Positions 1 through 12,014 of a DNA stretch of 64,000 nucleotides are shown here, piece by piece (positions within the stretch are counted from its first letter, which is position 1; each line of letters starts with the position of its first letter). The translations under genes were made by a program, and so were the position numbers. Below the pieces are notes generated by a model. The model searched no databases, was not told the DNA's origin, and worked only from the letters and a program-made list of their open reading frames with translations. The stretch covers positions 1 through 64,000 of the forward strand of contig JAKMXF010000308.1 of NCBI GenBank assembly GCA_024704765.1, in the 5' to 3' direction. This DNA is from Oopsacas minuta (taxonomy: Eukaryota; Animalia; Porifera).

Positions 1-370
1 AAAAATCTAATGTCCATGAGGATTTGAAAACTCGACATTCACTATCAATTTTCCTTTTCTTTGCTTTAATCACGGGAGTTGACATATTTGTTTTGTAGTT
101 ATTTTAATATTGTTTAAGATGGTTTATTATTTGGAATTTATATGAGCTGTTCGAGTTGAGAGAAACCCAGTTATGTGACAGATGATTACTCAATCAAAAC
201 TAAATTACAAAGTGATTTAAGGATTTTTAAGTTATTGAAATCACACTTTTCTGAAATTGGTTTCATTCAATTTGGTTTTGCAATATTGGGTTTCTCTTAA
301 TTGAGTTCGCTCAAATAGGTTTCACTCAATTAAATATCGCCACCAACTGGTAACAGTTCCCGAGCATGTT

Positions 371-437
371 GGCGGGCCGGATAGAATCCTCTCGCGGGCA
401 GGATTGTGGCCCGCGGGCCGTAGGTTGGACAAGCCTG
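371..437 (-). mobile_element. Solo end of a hAT-type MITE
   Basis: GC-rich 'gcgggccggat...ggcccgcgggccgtaggttggacaagcctg'. The reverse complement begins CAGGCTTGTCCAAC, a typical hAT-MITE terminus. No partner end found. Confidence 0.4.
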
Positions 438-1177
438 CATTAGATACTTGGTGATAAAATATCCAGCTCATCCAATGCATTTTATAGATCCCGAAATAAT
501 ATTGTAATTAGAGTTTATTTATCTGTGAAACCTTTAATTAACTTGTCAAATATACATTACATTGTACACAACTGTGATGTACGCAACTGTGAACTATAAA
601 CATTGTACGCAAGCGTGATGTACGCAAATGTGCGGCTCCCGGATAAAATAATACATAGTTGATGTAAAACTTCCCATTGTTCTTCAAAACAAGTACAATA
701 TATTCACGGCGCTATAAACTAAACATTTGCTTTCTCAACTCGACTTAATTATATTTGGAACAAATTTCAATTTATTTCAAATATTTTATGCTACTGTAGC
801 TATCAGGTACATAAATTCTCTAACTTGTGAAGTAATTGTGACTTCCCAATTGATTTGATAAAAAAGTATGGGAGCGGCGCTCCCACCCGCTCCCACAGCA
901 GGACACCACTGGGTGTATAGAATAGTTACATCAACTATAGATTGAATAACTCTCTTAGATGAAAGTAACACTATTTATAGAAATGTTGGAATACTACGTA
1001 TTGTACTTTGCTCGCAATATTGCAATAATAGGTAGATATTGTGAATATTCATCACTTAGAGTTTTTGCCAACTCAAAATGAGTTAAATAATTAATACAGC
1101 CCTGGCCGGCCGACTCACATAATGGTGCAGTGAATATTTATACGAATAATATTAATTATCCCACATTCTATAATGAA

Positions 1178-1413
1178 ATATACTATTTAATCTCAATTGT
1201 TGTTTATTTATTCTCTTGATCGTCTGTTGTCAGGTAAGGTTACGGAATGGTATTTTGATTTCTTATTTACGATGAATAGTAATCATATCTAGAAAATAAT
1301 ACAATGGAATCCTATGGGAATAGAAGTCATATTTGATTACCACGGCAACCTTGTAATCGATGGGCAAAGCGCCAAGTTCATCGCGAAACAACCAGTCAAA
1401 GACTCCTATTAGT
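1178..1413 (+). mobile_element. Non-autonomous Helitron-like repeat, degenerate copy
   Basis: Shares 'tatt(a)aatctcaattgttgttt' (5') and 'gcgcc(a/g)agttcatcgcgaa...tattagt' (3') with the copy at 5484-6047. Confidence 0.5.
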
Positions 1414-1678
1414 CATATTAAAGGTAACACACGTGAAACATGGGATTAATTAATTATTATTCACTGTCTGTTAGTTATTTCGTTTCGTGTACTAGGCTTT
1501 TTTGGGAACAATATACGTAATACTTTCTAACAGCAGTGTATTAGGTTTGGGGAGTAATAGGCTTTGTATAATCAGGATCACATGACGTAAGTTGAAATAC
1601 CGTTTTATATAAATAGAAGCATGTGTTCATCTGAAAAGTAAAGAAAATTTGGTTAGATAATAGAAGGAATAATATACG

Positions 1679-2626
1679 ATGATAACATCCAGGAGAACAT
1701 CTATGTTTACAATTCGGAATTCAACTGAATATAGCAACTTTTCCGAATTACTGAATCTTCGCAATGTTCCGACAGAGACCAAAGATTATCTATTCAACCC
1801 AAAAGAATTTGATGAAGAATGGTTCATTGAATGGAAGGAATATATTTTCACATTATCAAAAGATGAACTTATGCTGACACCAGCTGATAAAAGTTATGAT
1901 TTCAAACTTCTCAACATTTCAATGCTGCATATTCTACAAGTTTTGAGTGCCTGTACCAAAATTGAGGACATTAAACAAATTTGCAATATAATTTTGGAAG
2001 AGCACGTTGAAAACATGGCCAAGGCTTGTCATATTGCGATTGGGGATACTGAAAAATTTAAAGCCAATTTTGATAAATTTTTGAACACATACCGTATACG
2101 GAAAGAATATATCCTAAATAATGGCGCAGAAGACATTGAACTCAACTCCGAATCTACAGCTCAATTCCGTGGTTGTAAACATCATCTCATTTTCGGAAAA
2201 ATAGTCGGAGATGCCTTAGGACTCCATCCGGTGTTAGGAGCATTACTCAATCCTACTGGAGGAATTATAGGACCAAACAATAGTAATCCATTTTATAGAT
2301 CGCTTACCATATTACCTAGCTTTAAGAAGAATGGTATGATTCATGATGCGACAGGATATTTAAGATATTACCATGGGATTGGGCCAGGATACAAATACTT
2401 AGATGTTGGAGATATCAGGGGTAGATTGACTGCCAGTAATGGCATATTTTATGGTTATAAACTTCCGGGAGCGAATCTCAAAAACTTTTTGAAATGGGAA
2501 GCAGTGGAAGTAAAGAATTACTTAAAGGAGTTGAAACTAGAAGATGCTGTAAACCAATTGGTTGAACAAATGTATATTATTATTTTTATGTTAGGTTGTT
2601 TCTTAGTACTCAGTCAGATTATGTAA
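1679..2626 (+). CDS. Uncharacterised 315-aa protein with conserved-looking LNPTGG-GP / HDxxGY / GPGY motifs
   Basis: Long single ORF in AT-rich DNA. The Gly/His-rich block FGKIVGDALGLHPVLGALLNPTGGIIGPNN...HDATGYLRYYHGIGPGYKY looks like a real domain. The C-terminus may be spliced differently. Confidence 0.7.
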   Translation: MITSRRTSMFTIRNSTEYSNFSELLNLRNVPTETKDYLFNPKEFDEEWFIEWKEYIFTLSKDELMLTPADKSYDFKLLNISMLHILQVLSACTKIEDIKQICNIILEEHVENMAKACHIAIGDTEKFKANFDKFLNTYRIRKEYILNNGAEDIELNSESTAQFRGCKHHLIFGKIVGDALGLHPVLGALLNPTGGIIGPNNSNPFYRSLTILPSFKKNGMIHDATGYLRYYHGIGPGYKYLDVGDIRGRLTASNGIFYGYKLPGANLKNFLKWEAVEVKNYLKELKLEDAVNQLVEQMYIIIFMLGCFLVLSQIM

Positions 2627-2921
2627 TGCTTATATATATATTATTCATTCGTTTAGGTAACTTAGATTTGTTGTCAGTTAAAGTGATATATTAAAAGGTA
2701 TTTTTAGCATTATATGTGTATTGTCAATTGTTTGAGATTTTCTGTAATTTCATAGTTTCTAACATGAATTTGGAAGATTGATTAGCAGGCAGTATTGGCG
2801 AAGTTTAATCGAAACATCATACCATAAATCATTATACTTGACAACGGATAAACAAACAAACAAATTTAATAATAAAGATGTATTTAATAAACGATCATCA
2901 TGAGATATGATATTATGCAAA

Positions 2922-3239
2922 TCAATAAGTAGGTTTTTCAGGAGGAGACATTAGAATTATTCCATCTCCACGTACATACAACATTGGAAAATTTCTTTTC
3001 TGAGTTTTAAATATTTCTTCCATTGTCTCTTCATCTACTTCAATCTGAGTACGCACTTCTTCTACATCTCCTAGAATCATATTTAGATGCTGATCATATG
3101 CATGTAGTCTCCCTCTAAGTTCTCTATTGTTCCTTAGCTTAACGTAAATACGTTCATCTAGACTTAATCGAATCAAGTCAAGAGGATCTTCGAGTGTGAA
3201 AGGCTGAGTTGTTGGAGGCTGTTCTTCGCTTGTAGCCAT
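2922..3239 (-). CDS. LSM3: U6 snRNA-associated Sm-like protein LSm3
   Basis: [45 protein letters not shown]...[10 protein letters not shown] matches the LSm3 Sm1/Sm2 motifs. Intronless. Confidence 0.97.
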   Translation of the reverse strand: MATSEEQPPTTQPFTLEDPLDLIRLSLDERIYVKLRNNRELRGRLHAYDQHLNMILGDVEEVRTQIEVDEETMEEIFKTQKRNFPMLYVRGDGIILMSPPEKPTY

Positions 3240-3398
3240 CTTATACTAATGTATTTGCTAGCTAATAATCTCGTGTAAACCGATACTACTCTATAGAGAA
3301 TCTATAATTCTTTAATGTGTATAACATCGATTAAACCTATGAAATATGAAGAATCAAAATAATAGTTCGCTGATAAAATATGTAGCAAATCATTTTAA

Positions 3399-4659
3399 TT
3401 ATTTTTTATTCTGAAACCTCTGTAGCTCAGCGCGTAACGTTTTAGTCCTTGTTCTCTCTTGCTCGAGTGCTTCACTCAATTTCTGTAATTCATCTGCCAT
3501 TTCAATCTTCTCTAAGTTGAGGCCTTCAATTTCCTGAATCATATCAGCCTTAGTTCTCAGCTCTGCTTGACTCAGCAAATCTGATAGAGCAGTGTTTTCC
3601 TGTTTAAACTTATTTATATCATACTGCGTCTCTACTAATGAGTTAGTTAATGTGGTGATTTCATTGTTTTTGGCCTTCAATTCCTTCTCCAGTTCGACTA
3701 CTCTAGCAGGGGTTGGGTTTAACTCAACGACGAGAGGGAGATGTTGGAATGTCTGAGTTGGTTTAACTTTCTTTGATTTTCTCTTAATTTCCTTAAATTC
3801 GCCTACTTCAAAATCAATTTCGTTCTTAGTAGTTTCAAAACTTTTAGCTTTCTTAATTTCTGATAAATACAGTTTTTTAGGAGGCAAAATATCAACATTT
3901 GGAGAATTAATATTATCGCTTGACACTATATCTGTACTGTGTTGTAGATATGTTTCTTCTTTACTTTTAACTTCATCTAACTTAGACTCGTGCTCTAGTT
4001 TGAATTGTAACTCACTCTGTATCAGAGCTTCCTTCATTTCACTCACAAACTCATCACCTACTGGTGCAGCTTCTTCAGGCTCTTTCCTAATGAACAGAGA
4101 AATTATAGAATAATTTGCAGATGTTCAAAATAGGTAAAAAATATTAATCTCATTAGATACGTATATTTAAATGTTATATAGAATGATCCAATATGAAATA
4201 ATTATGAATTTGATTACATTGCCAGACACAAAGGTGGGGAGATCTGCCATATGGGGCACACCCTCTTCCCCTCAATCGATTACTCCAGAGATGATGCACA
4301 TATCATAGGTTACCTGTATTACTTATGTGTAAACATCAATATTCATTGGCAAAAATAGTATTTCATTAAACCTATATAGTTAAATAAAGTTATTAAACAA
4401 ACCGGTTAAAGTCCATATGATCAGTAAATAGGTCAGAGGGAGGTGAGGAAGGAGAATAGAGAGCTGGGTAGACAAGAGGCTTACTCTTAGCTCCCCCAAA
4501 TATCATAGTCTGTAGATCTCCATCAGGGCCTGTCTTCTTTTTCTTTTTCTTCTTCTTAGATTTATCAGAATCCTTAACATCAACTTTCTTGACCTGACGC
4601 TCTCTATCATCTTCAATTTGAAGAGAAGCAAACCTTCCACCATGAGCTATAGCAGCCAT
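3399..4659 (-). CDS. GKAP1: G kinase-anchoring protein 1-like (2 exons: 4659-4403, 4086-3399; 314 aa)
   Basis: N-terminal RFASLQIEDD plus Lys run, and C-terminal coiled coil AELRTKADMIQEI...ALEQERTRTKTLRAELQRFQ, match GKAP1. The GTTTGT donor at 4402 and TAG acceptor at 4087 are phase-compatible (945 nt total). Confidence 0.85.
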
Positions 4660-5483
4660 CAGCTTGATTAATTATCTAAAATTATCTTACAAGAAATATA
4701 ATTTGTAGATGTGACTTAATAGATATGGGTAGTGTTATGCAAAATTATTCATTTGAGTACAACATAATTCTCATCTACATCAGGCCTCAAGATGAAATAT
4801 CAGGATTTACATTCTGAGAAAACCCTCAAATTAGATCCAATGAACTAGACGCTACAAGTATGTAGTGTTGGATAAGTTTAATTCATTTCATTTAATAATT
4901 GATTAGAGAATATCCAACTATTAGTTTTAAGGGCATAGACGCTATAATTAGAATTAATTAATATCATGAAACAAATCATTTTCAGGGTAATCGGACACTT
5001 TGTCGCCGGACAAGGTGGATAAGCTGAGCATTTGAGTAGACTAAATGGATAGCAGTGAAGAATTTTGATGTGACTGTGGAAGGATCTGAAGGCTGTGAGT
5101 TGTGGTTGAGTATATAGAACTGACTAAGAAGATGCTAGAAAATGGATTTTGACAGCATTGTCTAGCGTCGCTTTATTCAAGGTGGAGAAACTGAATTTTA
5201 AGTCTTGTCGCAAATTATGACAATAGAGAAACTCTCTCTTATTTAAGAGGGGTAGCACACACCTTCAATTTTAAACTATACATATAATACACTTATTTAT
5301 CTCTTTTATATAATACAGTATATATTAAATTTGTGACAGTTTTATTATTTAATACTTCCGGAATATACTTATCGATTAATATCACGACTAAATATCCGGC
5401 GGCGAAGAAATGTCCGCCATTCCATTTTTAGATATACAATTTTGTCTATATCATCATATCTAATTTGGAGTAAAATCTATGAA

Positions 5484-6047
5484 TCTATATTATTAAATCT
5501 CAATTGTTGTTTGTCTTTCTGTCTGTTTGTCTGTTTGTTTGTTGTCCGTTGTCAAGGAAAGGATTTATGGTATGCAATTTTGAAATTGTAGCACAACTAT
5601 GTATTTATCGTGTTTATCAAGGAAGTAAATAGAATCCAATAAAACTTCACTAAAATATATCGAACATGCTGAATCCGATTTTCACACTTTTGGATTAATC
5701 ATATGTAAATTAATTATTGTTTTTATGAATATAAAGTAAACAAATTCAAAATTGAGGTAGAATCATACTTTCAACGACTATCCTGGGGTATTCGAGTATG
5801 CTGAGTCCGAATATGGTATTGTAAACAATATATTGTGAATTTTTGTTTACTTTTAGGTACATAAAGTAAAGACATTTCAAAATTGAGGTAGATTCATGCT
5901 TTCAACGACTACACTGGGGTAATCGAGTCTGAATATTGTAAACAACATCAATATTATTAAATCTCAATTGTTGTTTGTCCGTTGAATACTTCGAGGCGCA
6001 ATGCGCCGAGTTCATCGCGAAGCGACGAGCCAAAGGCTCGTTATTAT
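5484..6047 (+). mobile_element. Non-autonomous Helitron-like element with (GTCT/GTTT)n microsatellite and 3' hairpin
   Basis: Starts TCTATATTATTAAATCTCAATTG, followed by a gtct/gttt microsatellite and internally repeated 'cgagtatgctga.tccga' units. Ends with hairpin ACGAGCC-aaa-GGCTCGT (6025-6041). Related pieces recur elsewhere in the window. Confidence 0.6.
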
Positions 6048-6392
6048 GAATATTCAAATATCGAAAAATGCTTAGTATATTGTTTGGGTTAAGAGGGAAT
6101 ATATCACATTCTTAGAATACAGTGTTGCAGCTTGCAATTATTTTCTGGACCAGGACAGGACCGGACTGGATCGGATGGGACTTACCCAGATTCAGATATG
6201 CTATTATAATTACAATTAATTACAATTATGAACTAATAAATAAGGATAATAAAATCTCCCAGACAAATTCGGTGGTTTGGCGGCGCTAGTGTTGTATCGA
6301 TCCAACCCGTTACGTTACGCTGTATGATTAAATACACTCAGATACAATTGCATTCAATCAAATTTATTTGTATAAAGACAGACGGGTTGACG

Positions 6393-8468
6393 TCACATGA
6401 TGGGTCTAGGAGGGAAGTGAGGTTGCATTGGGAAGTGGGGACGATGGATAGGCTGCTGCATGGGCATGAGATTAGGAAGTCTAGGCTGAGCTAGGAGAGC
6501 TGGGTTGTGAGTAGGCCCTGGAGGAGGAGGATGGTGTGGCGTAGTATCCATATGAAGAGCTCCATTATCAGGTGGTTGTAGTTTATGATGTTGTCCCTGG
6601 GCAGCTAGTTGTGCGGGAGGAGGAAGATTCGAGATCTTAGGGTGACTGTCTATCTTAAACGAAAATTGTAAAAAGAATTGTTTTGTTTCAGGATTCCATT
6701 CATTCCATAATTTTCCCTCAGTGTTATCCACCTACACAAACATACACATAATAACTGTCTAGAGGAACCTAGTTAATACGAATACCAGCCAAAAGTAGTT
6801 CGCTTTATAATAGCGTAAAGTTGGCACAGATAGATACGAGTTAATCGAAATAAGATGTACGAGTTGACTGGCTCCCGCATAGAATCGAGCATACATCAAT
6901 AATTCATGTTGACACTTTTCATTATTGGATCTGTACAAAAATTGTATCCTTCGATAGAGGAAATATGAATGTTTATGCTTCCAAGCGAATATCGAGAAAT
7001 TTTCCAAATTTTTCTGATGTTCAGCTGAAATGTAAAAAAGCAAAATTTCAAATTTGTCGTCTATCAAACGATACCATTTTTTACCAAATCCAATTATAAG
7101 TGGCAAATTTAATAGTTGAAGCATGCTCGTTTGAATACTGCGCCAATTTCATAATCGTTTGCTTTATCCGAAGTAAAACCAAATGAATAATCATGTTAGG
7201 GCCTGATTTGTGTAACTATTTGGTAATCTTATCTGGAAATCATATTAACCATGTTCGTATAAACTAGGTTCCACTGAATAATTAAAATATAATATTTACT
7301 AACCTCTCTACTAGGGATTTTGAATGCAATAGTTTCGTAAGGCTCTGCAGCAAACAGAAGGTATTGCCAAGCTTTATCAGGTGGCTCTATGTGTTGTTCA
7401 TAAGCTGCCATTACTCTGTACTTAGGCCTGATACCTTCTACAATTCCAGGATAATCTATCTGGAAGAGAAGACTCTGTTGTGTAGTCTCAGGGTCTGCTT
7501 GCTTTGTTACCTAAGTTGTATTACAGTAATATTAATTCAAATAATCTCAATTTGCAATAGTACTTCTTTACTGGCAGCACCATTTTGGTTTGGAAACAGT
7601 TTAATAAGCAGTCAAGATGTGGTAGTTACTTCAACTACAATGAAGTTATTACTTAACTATTTATTCATATGTCCTTTGAAATATTGTGGAGCCTTCAGAA
7701 GCGGGGAAGTTAGGTCTTCAGGATTTGATATCCCGCATCCAGCTTTAAAGAATTTCATTAGCATTACAAATAGGCCGCTTGTGTAGGTTCCATTGTATAT
7801 ATTTTCAATGTATACTGGTATATTAAAGAAACTATGATTATGTAGCTAATTAGTCAATTAAATATGCAGCATCTGTAGTGCAGCATTTTGTCTGTAATGT
7901 TATGTCGTGTAATATTGTCGGAATTCTCCGAGAAGCATACAGATGCTCGGATTTAATTTAAATGTAATAGATAAGCCACCTTCGAAAAGCAGACCTCTCT
8001 ACAAAGGAAAGGACAGCCCTGCACCACAAAAAATGTCTCAATTATTCAGAGGTTCTACTGTAGCTATTCTTAATACTAAAATATTGAATTATATATTCTA
8101 GTAATCTTTTATACCTTATATCCGGGTCTCCCAATCTTCACAAATTTCCTAATTTCAACTCTGGGTTTCTCTAGTGCAGGTAAGGTCTGATTCTTCTTTG
8201 CTTCCTTAGCTGCTCTCCTACTCAAGTTTGATTGATGTTTCTTACCTTGCGTGTGAGCTAGATAACTCCCTTCATTGTTATGCAATGTAAGACAGAGCTT
8301 ACATTCATAAGTACCCAGATGGTTACGCATGAAGTAAGGATCTTTTGCAATGTCTATGGTCTCTAGAGCTAACTTTCTGAGACGCTCTCTCCTGTCTCTG
8401 TTCGATTCAGAGTAACTAGTTGGACCCCCTCCCCCTGTCTTACTCCCCACTCGATTCTGGAAATCCAT
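6393..8468 (-). CDS. SF3A2: Splicing factor 3A subunit 2 (exons 8468-8115, 7510-7304, 6731-6393; 299 aa)
   Basis: MDFQNRVGSKTGGGG..., U1-type zinc finger CKLCLTLHNNEGSYLAHTQGKKH, AAEPYETIAFKIPSRE, and a Pro-rich tail. All junctions are GT-AG, phase 0 (900 nt). Confidence 0.97.
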
Positions 8469-8906
8469 TGTAATTACAAAATAACTAGAGTGTAATGTGT
8501 TGAATTATTAAAACATACAGCTATAACTAGGGATATTAAGCGATAAAGAAAATGCAAAATTGGCTGGTATAATAATGTAGAAATTCAAGTTGACACAGTC
8601 AAGTAAATATTATAGTGAATACACCAGCATTTTATAACTTAAGAATTTTAATTTTTGCAGCTACACATGTACACACAGGAGATTTTAATGGAAAATAATA
8701 CAGGAATATTATTTAGGTGATCAGCATGTATAGCTAGTCGGGCAGGTTATATACTGTACACAAAATAACTACTAGACGTGGACGAATGAGTAACTACAAA
8801 CAATTTATAGATTGAATTATCACAGAAAATTACTAATCTGTTATCATTAATTGAAAATAACTCAAAAATTTTATTATTCGCAAAGTATCTAATAATCACA
8901 TAATAA

Positions 8907-10739
8907 TCAAAATAGGTGTAAATCTGCTAACATTTGACCAAATGCTTTGCCCTGTGGATCAGGTGTAAGATTCTCCAATGCACCACCCCCCAACACCCCG
9001 CTAAGTACAAAGTTCAATCCTCGTATCCCAGGGAGTGTGTATCTGTCAACTTTATATTTAAAATTGGGATGAGCTTTATGTGCGAAGAACTCATAAACTT
9101 TCTCTGGAGTGAGTTTATTAACAAGTGTGGAATAGAATTCAGGATCTCTAGCTACAACTCCGATGTTAACAGTTCCTCCTTTATCTCCACTACGAATATA
9201 AGCTAACTTTTCTAATTTATCGCAATTCAAATGCCAATTCGGATTTTCTAATGGTTCTATTATTATGGGAATATTATCAACATAGTTTGTTGTATCAGGA
9301 ATGTGTATGGGAATATCTTCAATATTACCGTCAATATGCAACTTAACTGATAGAGATTGTTTGGGAGTTAGGAAGGAAAATAGTTTCAGTATACGAGAGG
9401 GTTTAGGTCTACCTCCGATAATGTTAGTTAGTCCTGGTGACATTCCTGTACCAGCTGACGCAATAAGAGCTCCAAGGAGCTCGAGTGCGGCTTTGTTTTT
9501 GTGTTTACAAGAAATCCAAATCATACCCTCCCTCAGGTCTTCTGAATTGTTTAGAGCATGAGGACCATAGCTATCGTTACAGCCAAATACTTGAAGATAC
9601 TCTTCAGTGAAATCTCCTAATTTCTTAGCTTCTAATATTCGTTTTACCTTCTTTAAAATATTATTAGCTACTTTCAATCCTTTCTCGCGGATGTTAGGAC
9701 CTATAACAAGCGCAGGAGCAGTAATCCTAAAGTCCTGTGGGTATATAACACATACTTTATAGGAGCCAGAAGGAGGTCTACCAGTAGCCCCGTTAACCAA
9801 TACTCCATCCGGTACAGCTGTTAGACGAATATCTCTAAAATCACAAGTCACATCAGGTAGCAGATAAGAAGCAGGATTTCCTATCTCATACACGATCTGT
9901 TCAGAAACAGTCCCTATATCAACAATCCCACCGGTGTTTAGAGGTTTGGTAACTAAGAAAGATCCGTCCTTATAAACCTCAGCTATAGGATACCCTATGT
10001 TATCCCAATCAGGTACATCCCTCCAGTCAGTACAGATACCGCCAGTTGCTTGAGCACCGCACTCTAGGATATGTCCAGCTAGACTACCCTTTGCTAGCAG
10101 GTCCCAGTCAGTGGATTTCCATCCGTATTCATGCATTAATGGACCCAGTACGAGAGCACTGTCTACACACCGTCCAGTAATCACTATGTCAGCTCCTCTC
10201 TGTAGTGCATACGCTATAGGCTCAGCTCCCAGATAGGCATTAATACTGAGAGGCTCGTCAGGGAAGGGAATGTTAGTATCAAGATCAGTAGGATTAATCT
10301 GATGGATTTTATCGACTTTATGTAACATTTCATCTCCTGTAACTACTGCTACCTTTAACTCTGGTATATTCAACTTCTCGGCTATATCTTTTAGATTTTC
10401 TGATAGTACCAATGGGTCCAATGCTCCGGCGTTACTAATTAGTTTAATATTTTTCTCTTTTATTTCAATTAGGTGTGGAGCTATTTGTAAGATAAATTCA
10501 TCAATACAGCCTTTTGCTCCTTTAAGTTTACGAGCTGCTAGTAGTCCCATCGTAATCTCAGATAGGTAGTCATACACAATGTAGTCAGTATTACCAGTGG
10601 CTAATAGCTGAGAAGTGACAGTGAATGAATCTCCCCAGAAACCAGAAGCACAACCAATACGGACTCCATTGGAGCTGTACCGCGCGAATATCTTGGGAGT
10701 TCTCGATAAACCAAACGAATTATTGAAGATTCTCCTCAT
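8907..10739 (-). CDS. Acyclic terpene utilisation AtuA-family (DUF1446) protein with C-terminal AtuA-like domain; probable mitochondrial presequence
   Basis: RIGCASGFWGDS, DYLSEITM, NAYLGA, ITGRCVDSALVLGP, GHILECGAQATGG, and RSGDKG...NIGV are AtuA hallmarks. The N-terminus is Arg/Ser-rich and lacks acidic residues. Intronless, 610 aa. Confidence 0.9.
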   Translation of the reverse strand: MRRIFNNSFGLSRTPKIFARYSSNGVRIGCASGFWGDSFTVTSQLLATGNTDYIVYDYLSEITMGLLAARKLKGAKGCIDEFILQIAPHLIEIKEKNIKLISNAGALDPLVLSENLKDIAEKLNIPELKVAVVTGDEMLHKVDKIHQINPTDLDTNIPFPDEPLSINAYLGAEPIAYALQRGADIVITGRCVDSALVLGPLMHEYGWKSTDWDLLAKGSLAGHILECGAQATGGICTDWRDVPDWDNIGYPIAEVYKDGSFLVTKPLNTGGIVDIGTVSEQIVYEIGNPASYLLPDVTCDFRDIRLTAVPDGVLVNGATGRPPSGSYKVCVIYPQDFRITAPALVIGPNIREKGLKVANNILKKVKRILEAKKLGDFTEEYLQVFGCNDSYGPHALNNSEDLREGMIWISCKHKNKAALELLGALIASAGTGMSPGLTNIIGGRPKPSRILKLFSFLTPKQSLSVKLHIDGNIEDIPIHIPDTTNYVDNIPIIIEPLENPNWHLNCDKLEKLAYIRSGDKGGTVNIGVVARDPEFYSTLVNKLTPEKVYEFFAHKAHPNFKYKVDRYTLPGIRGLNFVLSGVLGGGALENLTPDPQGKAFGQMLADLHLF

Positions 10740-11291
10740 TGCTAATGATTAGACAAGAAAAGTCTAAATTTGCTGAAAGCAATCTATGTTAAACTGATAT
10801 AAGATAGTTGAATTATGGATTTTAGTCGAATTGACGTTGTACGTGTATATTATAAACTAATACATATACGGCATAGATGATGTCATTATCATGGTCATAG
10901 GAAACGGTCCGGTTGGTCAGGTTTCAACCGGACCAACTTCTGCAGTGTTAACCAAGACAGTATAGGTCATAGGGGATAATTATAACATAACCAATTCAAC
11001 AGTACCTGCTAGTTACTTTGGACCCATGCCTGTATCTGGATGCGTGCATGCATTTTTTATAAGAAATGGGAAGGTGCGCGAAAAATACATAAACGCACCT
11101 AGAGTGCTCAGAATTAATACAGCTAAATGAAGCAGGATACGGGCCTGTGTAGTACACTTTGAAAGTTCGACCATATACAGTAAAGCTGGAAAAATAAATA
11201 GAACTAAGTTTTAATAAGCGATTGAATTAGAATAATTTTGAATAAAAATAGATAAAAAGATAAAAATATATAGATGAACTCTACCATAGTC

Positions 11292-12014
11292 TCATAACTG
11301 TCCTTGCAGTCCAGTCCTAACCAGCTCCCAATTAGGACAATGGTAACAAGGAACAACAGCTGATTTAGGTCTCAATGCATGAGTAGGAGTCAGGACTCTA
11401 GACAGGAAGTGACTGCTACAATTCTTACAGGTGTGTGTGCTGGTTGTACGCATACTACGACTGTACTTTGTCAGGTCTGTTACTCCGTTAGTTACACGGA
11501 ATGAACTACCAGAACGTGAGAATGAACTACCTAACTGTGTCCCTCCAATTCTAAAGTTATCCTGTGAAGTTATAGGCACACAACCTGCACTCAGAGCACG
11601 TCTACGTGTGCTCAACGAATTACCAAATTGTTTCGTGTAAAATTCACGTTTTATTTTTCTCTCTTCAAGAGAAGTTTGATGTCTCTGTAATTGTAGATTC
11701 TCTCTATGAGATCTCAGATCTAACGCGAGGGATTTATTGCTTTCAACTCTACGTCTGTTCTCAAGTGTTTTGAAACATCCACTCCTGTTTTGATGTATTG
11801 CAAATGAATTAGGATCAATATGCATATTACAAACTGGACAGAGGATGCTAGTAGCCTCTCCTTGTGATGTAGCATCTGATTCTACAGGGAGTATGGGCAA
11901 TTCCTCGGGGATAGGAGCTATGAGAGGCTTAGCTTTCATTTTGTTTGTAACAGAGCCTAGTCGAGTATTTTGATTAGCAGAAAGAGCTGCGACGGTTAGA
12001 TCTGGTGCTGCCAT
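11292..12014 (-). CDS. Uncharacterised protein with CPVC-x-H-x-C motif, coiled coil and C-terminal Cys pairs
   Basis: ORF of about 240 aa with a likely start at ATG 12014 (tttgtag|tATG). Composition is coding-like. No family recognised. Confidence 0.7.
   Translation of the reverse strand: MAAPDLTVAALSANQNTRLGSVTNKMKAKPLIAPIPEELPILPVESDATSQGEATSILCPVCNMHIDPNSFAIHQNRSGCFKTLENRRRVESNKSLALDLRSHRENLQLQRHQTSLEERKIKREFYTKQFGNSLSTRRRALSAGCVPITSQDNFRIGGTQLGSSFSRSGSSFRVTNGVTDLTKYSRSMRTTSTHTCKNCSSHFLSRVLTPTHALRPKSAVVPCYHCPNWELVRTGLQGQL

Noticed and set aside
6759-7786. ORFs 6759-7124 (-) and 7364-7786 (+) within SF3A2
   Set aside because: Intronic or antisense, with no recognisable motifs or splice support.
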